Source: the human T2T-CHM13v2.0 reference genome, Homo sapiens
DNA length: 64,000 nt
NCBI RefSeq assembly: GCF_009914755.1
Contig: NC_060936.1
Reading direction: 5' to 3' (one strand)
Both the position numbers and the translations under genes were made by a program. Below are positions 36,851-51,770 of the stretch, one piece after another. Every line of letters starts with the position of its first letter. Within the stretch, counting starts at the first letter, position 1. Under the pieces are notes generated by a model. It saw only the letters and a list, made by a program, of their open reading frames with translations. It searched no databases and was not told the origin of the DNA.

Positions 36851-38994
36851 GGCTTACTCTGGACCCAGGCTCAGATATAGGATTGAAGAAGGACCATATA
36901 TGAGCCCAGTGTTCCTTCTAACCTGAGGGCAGATGCTCTGGGAGAAGCATGTTTGGAAACTGGGGTACGGGGTAGAGAAGGGCAATCCACTTGGCTTTAG
37001 TGCTTGGTCCTAAGGGAGGGAGGAGGGCTTTGCCAAGCTGGTGTGACCCCTCCTTTATACAGCATGTCACATTCTAAATCATCATCCTTTGATCTTCCAC
37101 AGTGAAGAACACCGAGATGTTTAAATGAAATAACCCTCCTGAGTCTATTTCTTCTCCAGCTTCACGGGTGCAGTAAATACCTTGTAGTGAAGCCTTTATC
37201 TCTTAGATAAAAAAAGCGCTTATGCAGACGTTCCTCCTTGACTTGCTTCATTAATCTTTTCAAGTTACATCCTGCTGCCAAGTCCTCAACCTCCCTCCCA
37301 TTACTGGAAGTGGGGCTTAATTGGGATGTCATAACTGCTGAGCTGCGATGTAGAGAAACCCTGAGATGGGATGCCTTAGGCATCTCCAGGAATCAGGATG
37401 GAGCTGGTGTTAGATGAGGGAGCACTTGTTTACCACCCGCATCCATTCTGAAGAACTAAAAGAAAAGACAAAGCCCAGGACTCTCACAAGGCTATTCATG
37501 AAAAGGTGGATGGAAAGGATGCTGCACCTTGACTTTCTATCCTGGGAGTCTTTTCTGTACTTCACCTTTAAAGTGACTTGGGAATGCTCTCCCTGCTGCG
37601 GGTCCACACTTGTGAAGCCGTGGATAATTCATCAAGGTGGGGCTGTAGAAGAAGCTATCCCTTCTGTCAGGGACAGAAGACACTGTCCCTGGTGTCTTCT
37701 GCCAGGACGCTGAGGGGAACACCCAACCAGAATGGGCAAGGACACAGAGAGACCACTCTAAGCCAAGCTCTCTCCTCCCCCCCTCCCTTTATGCTACATG
37801 CACAGGGTGTCAGAACAAGAGGAAAGACTCAAAGTTCTGAGTGAAAATTCATTACATTTCCAAGTGTTTCCAAGTTTTCTGATGCTTTTCAGGGGCCAGA
37901 GTCCAGTCTGCAACTTGGACTCAAAGAACCATGACCGTGTCCCTGGCAGAGACCATAGCCCATTGGTGCAACACAGCCTTAGAGTCTAGTTCCTTAGGAA
38001 GTGAAAGACCCTTCTGCAATCTTCCCTGACTGTAACATTGCAGCCATGATAGGACTGGCACCCCTCTTTCTTTGCACCCAGACTTCAGATGCTTCCGAGG
38101 CTGCCCACCATAGGATGGGCTTGGGAACTAGACTATCTCATTACAGAGTATCTGCTCCCAGAATGTTAACTGTCCCTAATGCTCTCAGTGGAGCAGAGAA
38201 CTGAGAAAGGAGATTCACCATGAGTTAGAAAGGCAGTAAGAATCTCAAAAGACATCAAAATCTAATTTCAGCTTCCAAGAACAAAATGTGTTTCGTGGAA
38301 CAGCATTGCAATTACCTTGCATTATCAACACCCAAACCCTTTTGGCACCATCTCCACCTTCTCATTTCTTATGCATGATCTTAGTGCAGAGTGATACTCA
38401 CCTTAGTTTTAATTAAAAGCTCATAATGCACAAGTATATTTAGAAGGGAAAAGGACTCAGATCCCCTTTAAGGATAATTATATGCTTATTAAAGCCCATT
38501 TCCTACACCCCGCTGTGTGTTTAACTTGGCCCATATGCTCAACATGGACCTTGCTGGAGCTTTGTTGGTAGCTGCAGGTGTTGAAGTCCAGCAGTGAGCA
38601 ACCACCCTCCTGGTCATGTGACCAAGAATATGGACCCCATCCACATCCCCAAGCACACTACAGGCTGAAGGGGTGTCTACATGCCCCCCTGCTTCAGCCT
38701 TGAAGGCTAGGGAGGAAGGAAGTATTGGATGGCATCTCCCAGCCTGCACACCAAGGCATCCCCCCGCCCTAGAATCTCTGGGATGTTGAATGATCTCTCT
38801 GAGTGACTTGAGCCCCAAGAGGAGATACAACATGGTATGTAAAGAAACTAGAGTCGGGTAGGGCCAGAGCCAGATCATGGGAACCTGTAGGCTACTGCAT
38901 CTGTCAGGAACGTTTGTGTCAGAGCAACAGTGTTTGAGTCGTAGTTGGGGAACATTTTCCCAGTGAAGAAGTTGCCCCTGAGTGGCCATACCAT

Positions 38995-39705
38995 TGCATT
39001 TGTTCATTCATTCAACATGTATTTTCTGATGTGCTGGGTTGTGTTATTGGTACTGAAGACAGAAGCCACAGCAACACAGACTCATCCCCTGCCCTCAAGT
39101 TCGCAGTCTAGAGAAGGATACGGAAGAGGAAAACCTACTCTAAAAATGGAATTGCAAACTATAATAGATGTCAGGATGGAAAATTACAGGGAGTTTTGAG
39201 AACATATAATGAGGCTTAAGGAGCTAACATTTGAAGGACATGCAATCAAAGGATATGGCATTCCAGGTAGTGGGACCAACAGGAGCAAAGGCCCAAAGTA
39301 GGACGCACACCCTTTAGGTACAAAAGTTGTTGTCATAGCAAGAGCTGACACTGGCAGAAGGCTCACTGTGTCTGTAATTACTTTCCACTGCTTTAAATTA
39401 ATCTCCCCATTTACTCCTCAGTGTAGCCTCAGGAGTAAAGACAGCTTAATGAACCTAGTACAATCATGATTCCCATACTGTAGAGGAGGATATGGAAGCA
39501 GGCACAGATAAGTAACTTGCCTAAGGTTATACAACTCATAAGCGGCAGTGCCAGAATTTGAACCAGGCCATCTGGCTCCATGCTGAACTTCTTTAAGATC
39601 CCTCCAAGTGATCTGAGCCCCAAGAGGAGATGCTGCATGGTTTGCAAAGAAACTAGAGTTGGACAGGACAAGAGCCAGATCATGAGAACCTGAAGACCAT
39701 CGCAT
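38995..39705 (-). mobile_element. L2 3' region with nested MIR (~39400-39590)
   Basis: TTCATTCATTCAACA reverse L2 tail. MIR text TAAGTAACTTGCCTAAGGTTATACAAC..ATTTGAACCAGG. Confidence 0.7.
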
Positions 39706-39706
39706 C

Positions 39707-40240
39707 TGTCAGGATCCTTTCTGTCGTGAGCAACAGCAAACCAAAACCAGGCCAGCATAAATGAGAAGAGACATTAATGGTGCACTTACCTGGAAAGTGT
39801 GGTGACTTCAGGCCTGGCTTGATCCAAGTGCCCAGGTGACATCACCAGAGTCCAGTCTCTGCTCTCCTTCTCTGTGCTACCTTTATTCTCAAAGCAGCTC
39901 TGTCCAGTAACTCCAACCTCACCATCCTCCAGTTTATGATTCAAAAATCTCAAGAAAGGTCCACCACCTTTCCTCAGCCATTCAAGCAGAAGACCAGGGT
40001 TTCCTCTGTTTGGATGCCAGAGTCCTTGCTTGAATTGCATGCTTGTTCCTGAACCCATCACTGTGGCCCAAATGGAAGCTCTGATTGATCCAGGCTAGGA
40101 TGCATGACCCACTCCCTGGAGCCCAAAGCAAAGTCACATCTGGAGTCCTGGACTGGGGGAGAGGATCTGGCAGGGAATGTAGACCCAGATATGGAAGAAG
40201 AATGTGAAGACTGAATGTCCAACAAACAAATGTCACTCTT
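39707..40240 (-). mobile_element. MLT1K-like LTR
   Basis: TGTCAGGATCCTTTCTG..GACTTCAGGCCTGGCTTGATCCA..CCTGAACCCATCACTGTGGCC..CTCTGATTG. Confidence 0.65.
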
Positions 40241-40489
40241 CAGGCCCATCCAGGACTTCGGCTATTGAGGAGAACTCAGCACCAAGAAGAGAGTATTTTC
40301 CAGGTTCTCTGTTAACTGAGACCATGGCTTTGAAGAGGAAGGAGGAAAGAAGGATGGCCCAAGGGAGGCAGCAGCTCCAGAAGCAGGAGAGCTGTAGACT
40401 TCCCCCAACATTCGCCCATACCCCACCCACCTTGCACCCAGGCCTGGGTGGGACAGAAACCTCCAGAGCCCAATAAGAAGGGGACTTTA

Positions 40490-40660
40490 AACTAGTGGCT
40501 CTCAAAGACGCTGTCCACTGGAATAATCTGGGAAGCTTTGCAATGACTGGATCCTGGCTGGCCTCATTCTCACAGATCCTGATGTAATTGGGCTGGGGCA
40601 CAGTTTGGAAATCAGGGTTGTTAAATCTTCCCATGTGACTCTTATGTGCAGCCAAGACTA
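40490..40660. mobile_element. MER5-family fragment
   Basis: AGTGGCTCTCAAA..CAGATCCTGATGTAATTGG..CCCATGTGACTCTTATGTGCAGCCA. Confidence 0.65.
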
Positions 40661-41554
40661 TAATCTACAGCCTGAGTCATTCTCTACATGCACCAACAGT
40701 GTGTCTACTCCTCAAACACCACCCAGGGATATCACTCTATTTTAATTCATCTCATTTCTATCCATTTGTTAAAAAAAAAAAACATAGCAGTTCACCCACT
40801 TAACTCTCTATTGTTAATTTTTCAAATCCTCCCTGGGGCTCCTTCAGAGTAACTAGGGGAGAAACCAGTGTCTGACCTGGAAGCTCCTTTTTCTTTGCTG
40901 TGCTGATTTGCTCAAGATGTTTCAGGTGACAGTGAGGCTGTGGTTGGTGTGAGGTCAGTCTTCACCTTTCTAAGTCTGGCCAGGAGAGGAAGTGACTGGG
41001 AGAGAAGATGATTAATACCCTCCCAGGCAACCCTGAGTGGGGCTTGTGGGGAGGCCCTCAGTGCATTTGGCATAACTAGTCTGAGCTGTCTCCTTCTCTT
41101 CCTTCCATCCATCTGTCCATCCACCCATCAATTTGCAAGGACCAGATTATGATGGACATTTCTCCAGAGGTCTGTGAGGGAGGGAGATGATGGGCCAGAA
41201 GCCAGATGCATCAGACTCATGCCTTCCCAGAGAAAAGATGGAGAGAGGGAGCTCCTGAACTGACTGAGCCCAACTGTGATATAACCACATTTACTTACAA
41301 TTGACTAAGACTGAATGTTGTGCAGTTATTTTGGAGGTAGTATTAGCTATTACTGTAAGTTTCAGTTTTGCATGGCTCAAAATTCGAACCTATTACATGT
41401 TTGGATGAATGGAATTCTTGAAAATGTGTCTCTGATACATGATGAATCAGAAACCAGGCTGTTCTTCTTGACCGGGTTAAAGTAAGGATGGAGAGGAAAG
41501 GCCAGGATGTGAGCCAGTGAGGGTCCAGACCCACTATCATCATGCCTTGAGATC

Positions 41555-41818
41555 CTGGAATATGAATGTCTACAGTAAGTGCTTAGCAATGGTCTGGCAT
41601 CATGGATGTACACGACAAGCTTAGTGATGGCATGGCACTGTACATGTACATGGTGGTTCCCAGTCATTACCTGGCATTGGATGGTGCTTAGTGATGGTCT
41701 AGCACTGTGAGTGTACACAGTAGGTGCTCAATAATGGCTTGGCACCAGTTACGTACATAGTAGGTGCTTGGTGAGGACCTGGCATTATGGATGTACACAG
41801 AAGATGCTCAGTGATGGT
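41555..41818 (+). repeat. Diverged ~39-bp minisatellite (7 units)
   Basis: Units start at 41555, 41594, 41632, 41671, 41699, 41739 and 41779. Consensus ~CTGGCATTATGGATGTACACAGTAGGTGCTTAGTGATGGT. Confidence 0.8.
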
Positions 41819-42260
41819 CTGATGGGTTCCTCTCCGTGCCCAGCTGCTTACTAGTTACTGGTTAGGTGTGCCCAGTCACAAGGGGGGGGGTCCCGAAACC
41901 CACCACAGATGACACACCCTTCAGATAAGAAAGGGGTTCTAGAGATACAAGACCAGCAGGGGAGGTCGCCTGAAGAGGTATCAGTGAACTGAGTGACAAC
42001 CCAACCCACAGAGAAACTTAAAAATCACGCGCCCTGTCACAAGTTACCTAATCATGACCACCCGCGCTGACTGGGGGCCTACTCTATGCAGGCCCTCCTC
42101 TGAGTAGAGTTGGTCCTATGTAACCGCAGGTTCTGCATCTACAGATTCAACCAACCTCGGATACAGAATGTAGTTAGGCCTACGATGGTTGCATCTGCAC
42201 TGTATGTGTACAGACTTCTTTTTCTTGCCATTATTCCCTAAACAATAAAGTATAACAACT

Positions 42261-42404
42261 TTTCTTTCTTTTAAGAGACAAGATCTCACTATATTGCTCA
42301 GGCTGGTCTCAAACTTCTAGTCTCAAACTTCTGGTCTCCAGTGATCTTCCCATCCCAGCTTCCTGAATAGCTGGGATTACAGGCATGAGCCACTGCATAC
42401 AGCC
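42261..42404 (-). mobile_element. FLAM (Alu monomer)
   Basis: Single reverse monomer. 12-bp TSD AGTATAACAACT at 42249-42260 and 42405-42416. Confidence 0.88.
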
Positions 42405-42476
42405 AGTATAACAACTGTTTACACAGCATTCACATTGTCTTAGGCACTACAAGTAATCTAGAGATGATTTAAAGTA

Positions 42477-42719
42477 GAGATGGTCCCTGGCTTACAATGG
42501 TTCAACTTATGATTTTTTGAAGTTATGGTGGGTTTATTGGGATGTAACCCCATGGTAAATAGACAAGCACACGGACTTACGACAGTTTCACTTATAATTG
42601 TTCAACTTTACCACGGGTTTATCAGGGTATTATTAACTGCACATTTTTGACTAAATGAAATTTTCTACTTACAATGGGTTTATTAGGACATAGCCCCATC
42701 AGAAGTTGAAGAGCATCTG
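42477..42719 (-). mobile_element. MER47/Tigger5-family element
   Basis: Ends GAGATGGTCCCTGGCTTAC.. and ..GAAGTTGAAGAGCATCTG, with a TA duplication at 42475-76 and 42720-21. Confidence 0.78.
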
Positions 42720-43059
42720 TATATGGGAGGATATGCATACATTATCTGCAAATACTATACCATTTATATAAAGGACTTGAGCATCTGCAGATTTTGATGT
42801 CCACGGGGAATCCTGGAACCAATCCCCTGCAGATTCTGAGGGACAACTGTACTCTCCCACAAAATCGAGCAGCACAAGATCAGGGGCTATGTCTGTCTTG
42901 AGTCACCATAGGGGCCCCATCCCCTGAATGAGCATGGCCCAGAGCAGTTGACCAAAATAGACCTGATGAATGAGTGAATACGTGACTGAACCTATGAAAT
43001 TGGAAGACAGGAAAAAACATTTAACACAGTGCTGGCTAAGCTGTGGGCAGACAGGCATT

Positions 43060-43710
43060 GCCACTCCCTACTGTGCAGTGCTCACTAGTCTCTTTTTTCT
43101 GGAGTGTCAATGACAGTTTACATCAGATATGACAAAGACTCTTTGGCCCACTGATCCAGTTTCCATCCACAACACCTGATGTACGCATATAGAAACTTTT
43201 TTTTAATCTACAACAGGAAACCTTTTGGGAAAGCCTCCATTTTCAGCAACAGGGTATTGAATGAATAAAAACTCAGAAGTCATATGAGAAGATGCTCTGA
43301 TCCACACATTAGATTCACTCTCTGCAGTGAGGTGCCTAGAAAGCTGTTTATTATTTAAAAACACCCTGGGTAATTCTGACGTTCACCTGAGGAAATCATC
43401 ATTGTCAAAGGAGGATGTTTAATGACTTGAAGACAAAGTCACATATTATTGAACAAAAACACAGGCTACAATAAAGTGTGCATAAAGTGAGCCAAGTTTC
43501 ATTCAAAAAACTTCACTCAAATATATTGTGTCACACACATACACGCTCACAAAGATATCTGAAAATCCCTGCGCCAAAATATCTCCAGTGGTTGCCCCCT
43601 AGTGATATAATTATAGGTGATTTTTTTTCTTCTTTTTGATATATAGAGAGAGACTTTAAATTTTTCTACAGTAAATATGTAACTTGTAATAAAATGTTAT
43701 TTTTAAAAAT
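43060..43710 (+). mobile_element. L1ME-type 3' end with a MER5 fragment (~43290-43400)
   Basis: Degenerate L1 3' text ..CAGTGGTTGCCCC..TTTTCTACAGTAAATATGTAACTTGTAATAAA. Confidence 0.6.
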
Positions 43711-43923
43711 AGCAGATGACCTTTCAAATATAGTGATTGAAAGCAGGATAGCAGGGACTACACAGGCCAAGTGGGAAAAGACCAGAACCCAAAAGCTTGA
43801 GGTTATACCCCAATTACAGCCATGCCAATTGATGAGAATTGGAAGAAAATTTAGATAAATAAATGTAGTAGAAATATGATGTTCATAGGCTGGTTGTGAA
43901 ATTGCTCAAGCACCTACTTTTTT

Positions 43924-46755
<2,832 letters not shown>

Positions 46756-47659
46756 TTAAAAATAATAAATTGTGCTGTCGGCATGAAGTCAAAACTTGAT
46801 TCCATTAAAAAAAAAAAAAAAAAAAAGATGTGTGGGAGTGTTTGGCTCAGACAGCAGCAGAAATCTTTAAGCCAGGAAGACTGAACAGGCACAAGCAGAG
46901 AAGCCTGAGGATGCATCACAGAAGCCAGGCGAGGCCCAGGCCAGCTCAATGCAGGGCACTGAGTAATGAGGAAAGGACACTGACGACTGCAGGCCCCAAC
47001 CAAAGGGAAGCCAGGGTGACAGTTCCCCCAGGCCCGGCTGTCCAGCCCAGGACTGCAGCTTCACCATCAGTGTTTACAGCAAGAGCCTGTGCAGGAGCCA
47101 AAGGGAGGAACAGAAGGAGGTGTGGGAGAGTAAGCCCTTCCGCTTGTGGGCAGATGCGCTGTCTTGAAGAGTGCTTGGCATCTTCAAGTAAAATTAGGGT
47201 TCCTGGGCCGCAGCCTCCAGTTTCTAACCTAGCATCAGAAGGGACAAATGAAGCTGATCTTAAGCGAGCAACCTGATAACCCACCTGCCAGATTAGGAAA
47301 AGCAGGAATAGACTGCTAATGCATCTGCTGGTCCTGGCTGGGCTTTTAATATGTAACCCCCACTGATACCCCAGCTTCCTGTCTTACAGGTACAAGAAGA
47401 CTGCTGTGAGGTGAAGCTCACAGGGGCAGCCAGGTGACAAGAAGTAATATATTACCTGTCACTTGCACCTGAAGAGTCACGGGGCGGCCTCCAGGACTCA
47501 CAATCATTGCAGAGCACTCACTCCCAACCAGGCACGTCTACGTTAGAATCCTCTTTGCTGATTGCTTTTCTCTGGATACTGCCCTTGCAGGCAGGGCTGG
47601 ACAGAAAATGTCCTGGGTAGGACAGATGAGAATGCCTGGGCTGGGACTGCAGAAGGCAG

Positions 47660-47810
47660 GTGAGTTCCAAGCCTCTGCTACTCCACGTGTGGCACTGGGA
47701 CCTGCGGCACAGAATCCCCTGGGAGCCTTCAGAAATGCAGAGTCCCAGGCCTAGCAGTCAGCATCAGGTGGGTCATGAGCACCCTGCTCTGAGGAGCACA
47801 GGGCTGAGCC
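47660..47810. mobile_element. MER5-family fragment
   Basis: CTGCTACTCCACGTGTGG..CAGAAATGCAGAGTCCCAGGCC..TCTGAGGAGCAC. Confidence 0.55.
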
Positions 47811-47884
47811 ACAGCCAGGAGGAAAGCTGCTTTCTCCAGTCAGCACCACACAGAGGGTCAGGAAATGCACGTGCTATGGCCATT

Positions 47885-48145
47885 TTGGTTAAGGTGAGAT
47901 CAGCTGTGAGCCACTGAAAACCACAAACACAGGAGTTTAAACAAGACAGGAGTTTCCTTCTCTCTCACGAAACAGCATAGAGAAATGTAGTCCTGGGCTG
48001 GCGTCATTGTTCACCTTTATAAAGGCAGGAGACTACTCCATCTTGCTTCCCTGGCGTCTTCGATAGTTGATCCTCCTCATGTTCCAAGATGGCTGCATGA
48101 GCTCCAGCCCCCACACTGCACTCCATCAGCCTGGAACAGGGAGGC
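47885..48145 (-). mobile_element. MLT1-family LTR fragment
   Basis: GTTTAAACAAGACAGGAGTT..CCAAGATGGCTGC..GCTCCAGCC. Confidence 0.55.
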
Positions 48146-48779
48146 CACCATCCTTATCTGACTCTACTCTCTTCTCCAGTCACCTGACACTTGCGCGCAG
48201 CTTCACACAAAGCATAGCAGCCGTCACCTGCATCCTAGGACAAGCCCTGGGAAAGCCTAAGTAATTCTGCCGTGGAGCCAGGCAGGAGGATCTGTGTGCC
48301 CTGTGTCCCCCACCCCACATGGAAAGAGCCTGACCAACATCCGTCTACAGGACCCACCAGGGAGGAAAGAGAAAAAGTCACTTCATTTAGGAAACATCTC
48401 TCAAAACCCAGGAGATCTGCAGGACTGGGAGTAGAACAGAGGGAAGGCGCTGTTTGCAATCTCACTGACAATCACAGCATGTTAACCTAATAGAAGCAGA
48501 GGAGTCTCCAGCATATCCAATTATGTCAGCAGGCTGGGCAGGAGTCAGGCCATTATCTCACTCATCTGGACGGACTCCATTATGCCATTGCTCTTTCTTG
48601 ATTAAATCTTCTCTAACGATGTCTGTCCAGGGAGGGAGAGAATCATTGCATCTGCTGGAGGAGATGTGACGGTGGCAGGTGGTGTCCCCAAGGACCAGCA
48701 CCACCTAGCCCCTCTCCCAGCCCTGGGGCCTTGAGCTGGTTTCACCCCTAACCTCTGCCCTTGACCACAGTGAGGAGCA

Positions 48780-49250
48780 TTGTTCCTACTAATGGTCACT
48801 CCAGCCTGTGGCTCATCTTTGATTCTGTCTTCTTCATTCTCTCGGAAACACTTTAGACAGCTGACTAGTTCTTCCACCTTGTAAATGAACTATTGATTGT
48901 TCTCTCTGGCACTGCATTCTCAATCTTCCTCCTGCCTCTGTGACTTTTTATCTGTCTCCACTATTGTCTTGTCTCTGCCTCATGACACCTAAACGTAGAT
49001 ATTCCCCAAGGCTCGATTATCAGCCACGCTCTCTTTGGAAACTCTCACTTGGGACTCCATCTGCCCCATATGAAACATTTCCTTCTCTGCATCTCCAGTT
49101 CAACTCTCTCTCCCCACACTCTGTCTCCTCTGAAGTCCTGCCGTGTGACATCCCTGGCATGGGCAGGGCGCATCCAGTCATCCGACACCCCAACACCCAC
49201 TCTCACCATTCTCCCGACACCCAGGTCCACATCGTCTCATGATCCACAAC
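48780..49250 (+). mobile_element. L2 internal fragments
   Basis: Pyrimidine-rich degenerate L2-like text. Confidence 0.45.
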
Positions 49251-50451
49251 TAAGGTTTAGGAGTGTGTTGGATCTGACCACTGGGAGAATTTACCAGCCA
49301 GCACCAGCAGCCCTCTTAACTCCTCCAGCGTGCACAGACACGGACTCTTGACTGATGAGAGGCCACGTAACAAACAACTAGTCTGATGGTCATTGACAAA
49401 TTGAGTGTCATTGATGGCACTTAATGGCACCAAGAGCTAGAATTCTTTAAGTCGCAACTTCCTGAAAAGCAGGGCTGTCTCCCTCCATTGAGCACTGTTC
49501 TCTCATAAGAGACGCTGGGAATTACTGTCTAAAGGTCCACCCTAGGGACTCATAAATATCTAAAATCCCATGTTGAGGAGGTGTGACTGAGAGGGGCAGC
49601 AGATTGAAGTCTCTCACCCTTCTTAGCTGGGTGGCCATTTAGTAAAGGCAAATGATCAGCTGCCAATACCAAGGCATCCAAGCATTTCACATGCAAAAAA
49701 CAAGTATCTAAGGTTGAAATGTGTCACGCATCCCCTGGAGGTGCCCTGACCTCCACAAAGAGCCATTTGGAACATCTTGGCACAGTTAATTACTCCCTCT
49801 TACCTGGAAAGGTGACTGAGTTAATGCATGTCCCACTGAGATATATCAGCTTTGGTAGGAGATCTCTTGCAGCTAAGAAGGAATCATGATACAGAACTTT
49901 AGAAACCAGGCAGACCATCAAATCAGTTGTTTGTTACACGGCCCCTCACTCAGTCAGGGGAGTCCACATCTGTGCATGCTGGAGAAATTGATAGGGCTGC
50001 TGGTGCTGGGTGATGGGGCATAAATTCCCCCAATGGTTAGTATTGATGGCTATGGCCTCTTTCCAAAGAAATAAGCTCTCAGAATTACACACAGTGGCTG
50101 AAGCCATTTTTAGCAGGTGGAGGCCACATATCACAGCCACAGAGATTTGTTTCCTTAGACCTTAATGATTATTTCTCATTCTGATGGCCAATCCCTCATT
50201 GAGGGCAAAGATAAAATGGTTTCCGGGAGAATGGACACAAACCCTATCTCCCACGCCCCCATCAGTGCTCCCGACCTGCTCATTGACAGGATTTGAGGAG
50301 AGCCCAAAGATCCCACTTACTGCAGAAGATGAACAAGCAGAATCTCAGAGCACCCAGTTCCTTTTCTCTAAAGAGTACAGGATGTTGTCAGGATAAACTG
50401 ATCCTTCCAAGCACTATTTAGTGCGAAGAAATCTCCTAAGGCTTATTATAG

Positions 50452-50635
50452 CAGAGTCTTAAATGTCAGCATTCATGGGAATCACCCAGAGGGTTTGTTA
50501 AAACATAGATTGCTGGGCTCTACTCCTACAGTGTCTGAGCAGGTCTGGGAAGCAGGACTGACAATTTGTATTTCTACCAAGTTTCCAGGTGATGCTGATG
50601 CTGCTGGCCCAGGGACCCCACTTTGAGAACCACTG
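50452..50635. mobile_element. MER5A
   Basis: GAATCACCCAGAGGGTTTGTTAAAACATAGATTGCTGGGC..GGACCCCACTTTGAGAACCACTG. Confidence 0.88.
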
Positions 50636-51599
50636 GATTTAATGGGAAAGGAGCAATATTGCCAGATGGCACAGGACCCAGTGCTATGCTCCTCCTAAAG
50701 AACTATTATCCAAAAAGCAGGCCCTACTGTAGGGCTGGCTGCTGACCTGGGGGAATTGTGAGAGTCAACCCCAGGGTTCTTGGGAGATGTGGCCCCAGTT
50801 AACCTGGAGTCACAGGTGGCTCTGGCAAGCATCCCTCTCCCACCTGCCCTTTTCACAGGCCCGCACTCAGGGTCTTAGCAGTTGGAAGCATGTGGTGAGA
50901 GTCACTAGGTCATCATTGGCTTTCCCTAAGGTTGTGTGGCAAAATCCCCACGTCAGTTCGAGGTCACGCCCTGCAAGTCAGTTCCTCAGAGAAGGCCCTA
51001 CCTGTTGATACAGAGGATGAAAAAGAAGCTAACAAAATGTAGAAGCTGGCATTGGAGTAGAGGGCATGGGCAGGGGAACAAACCCTTGCAAACCCCACTG
51101 CCCACACATGTGGCCGTTCCTACTCTGCGCACTGCCTCCCTCAGCGTGGGTGGAAGTATCTCTAGGCCATATGCTCGGGGAAGCACTGATCATTAAATTA
51201 GCCCTGCTCTTGCTCTAATTAAGACTCCCATCTGTTTCACTCATTAACCACCACTGGCCTGTTCCTGCCTCTGGTGTTTCACTTCATATTTCAAAGGAGT
51301 CAACTGCCTCTCTCCAGCCAAAATCACCAAGGGTCCAGGTTGTAAATCAAGTGGGGCTCAAGGGCAGCCCCTCCTGAGTTCTAAGTCACTATAGTCACAC
51401 TTCTGCTCAGGCCCTTTGGGGTCCCTGCCCACCACACAGCCACCTGATGAGCCCCATCTACTCCTTGTCACTCACGGATTCTCTCCTCTCCTCAGTGGGG
51501 TCTTCCTCCCGCCCACCGGTGAGCTCCAAGGCTTGATCCTTCACAGCCCATCACACCTGGTGTATGCCTCAGTTTACCCCTCATCACCTGGCCCAATGA

Positions 51600-51770
51600 C
51601 TGAGACTCTGTCTCCCTCATAGACTATAGGTTCCCTAAAGGCTGGGACTTGGTCTTTTTGTCTCTGTAACCCCAAAGTGCATCCCAGCACCAGGACTCAG
51701 AAGCCCTCAGGAAATGAACATTGAAAGAATGAGTGAATGAATGAATGATGAACAAATGGATGGACGTGCA
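51600..51770 (+). mobile_element. L2 3' end
   Basis: TAGACTATAGGTTCCCTAAAGGCTGGGAC..(GAAT)n tail. Confidence 0.7.

Larger units (their letters stand above)
42107..42849 (-). mobile_element. MER2 (Tigger-family), hosting a FLAM and a MER47
   Basis: TA-flanked ends GAGTTGGTCCT.. and ..CCTGGAACCAATCCCCTGCAGATTCTGAGGGACAACTG. Confidence 0.85.

Noticed and set aside
37162-37722. Processed pseudogene suggested by protein-like short ORFs
   Set aside because: I recognise no parent protein, poly-A tail or TSD. A TBLASTX search would be needed.
41555-41818. CRISPR-like array
   Set aside because: The units are contiguous and diverged, with no unique spacers and no cas genes, in a eukaryotic context.
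46807-46827. Poly-A run as the tail of a retrocopy
   Set aside because: No recognisable element body or TSD. Treated as a simple mononucleotide run.
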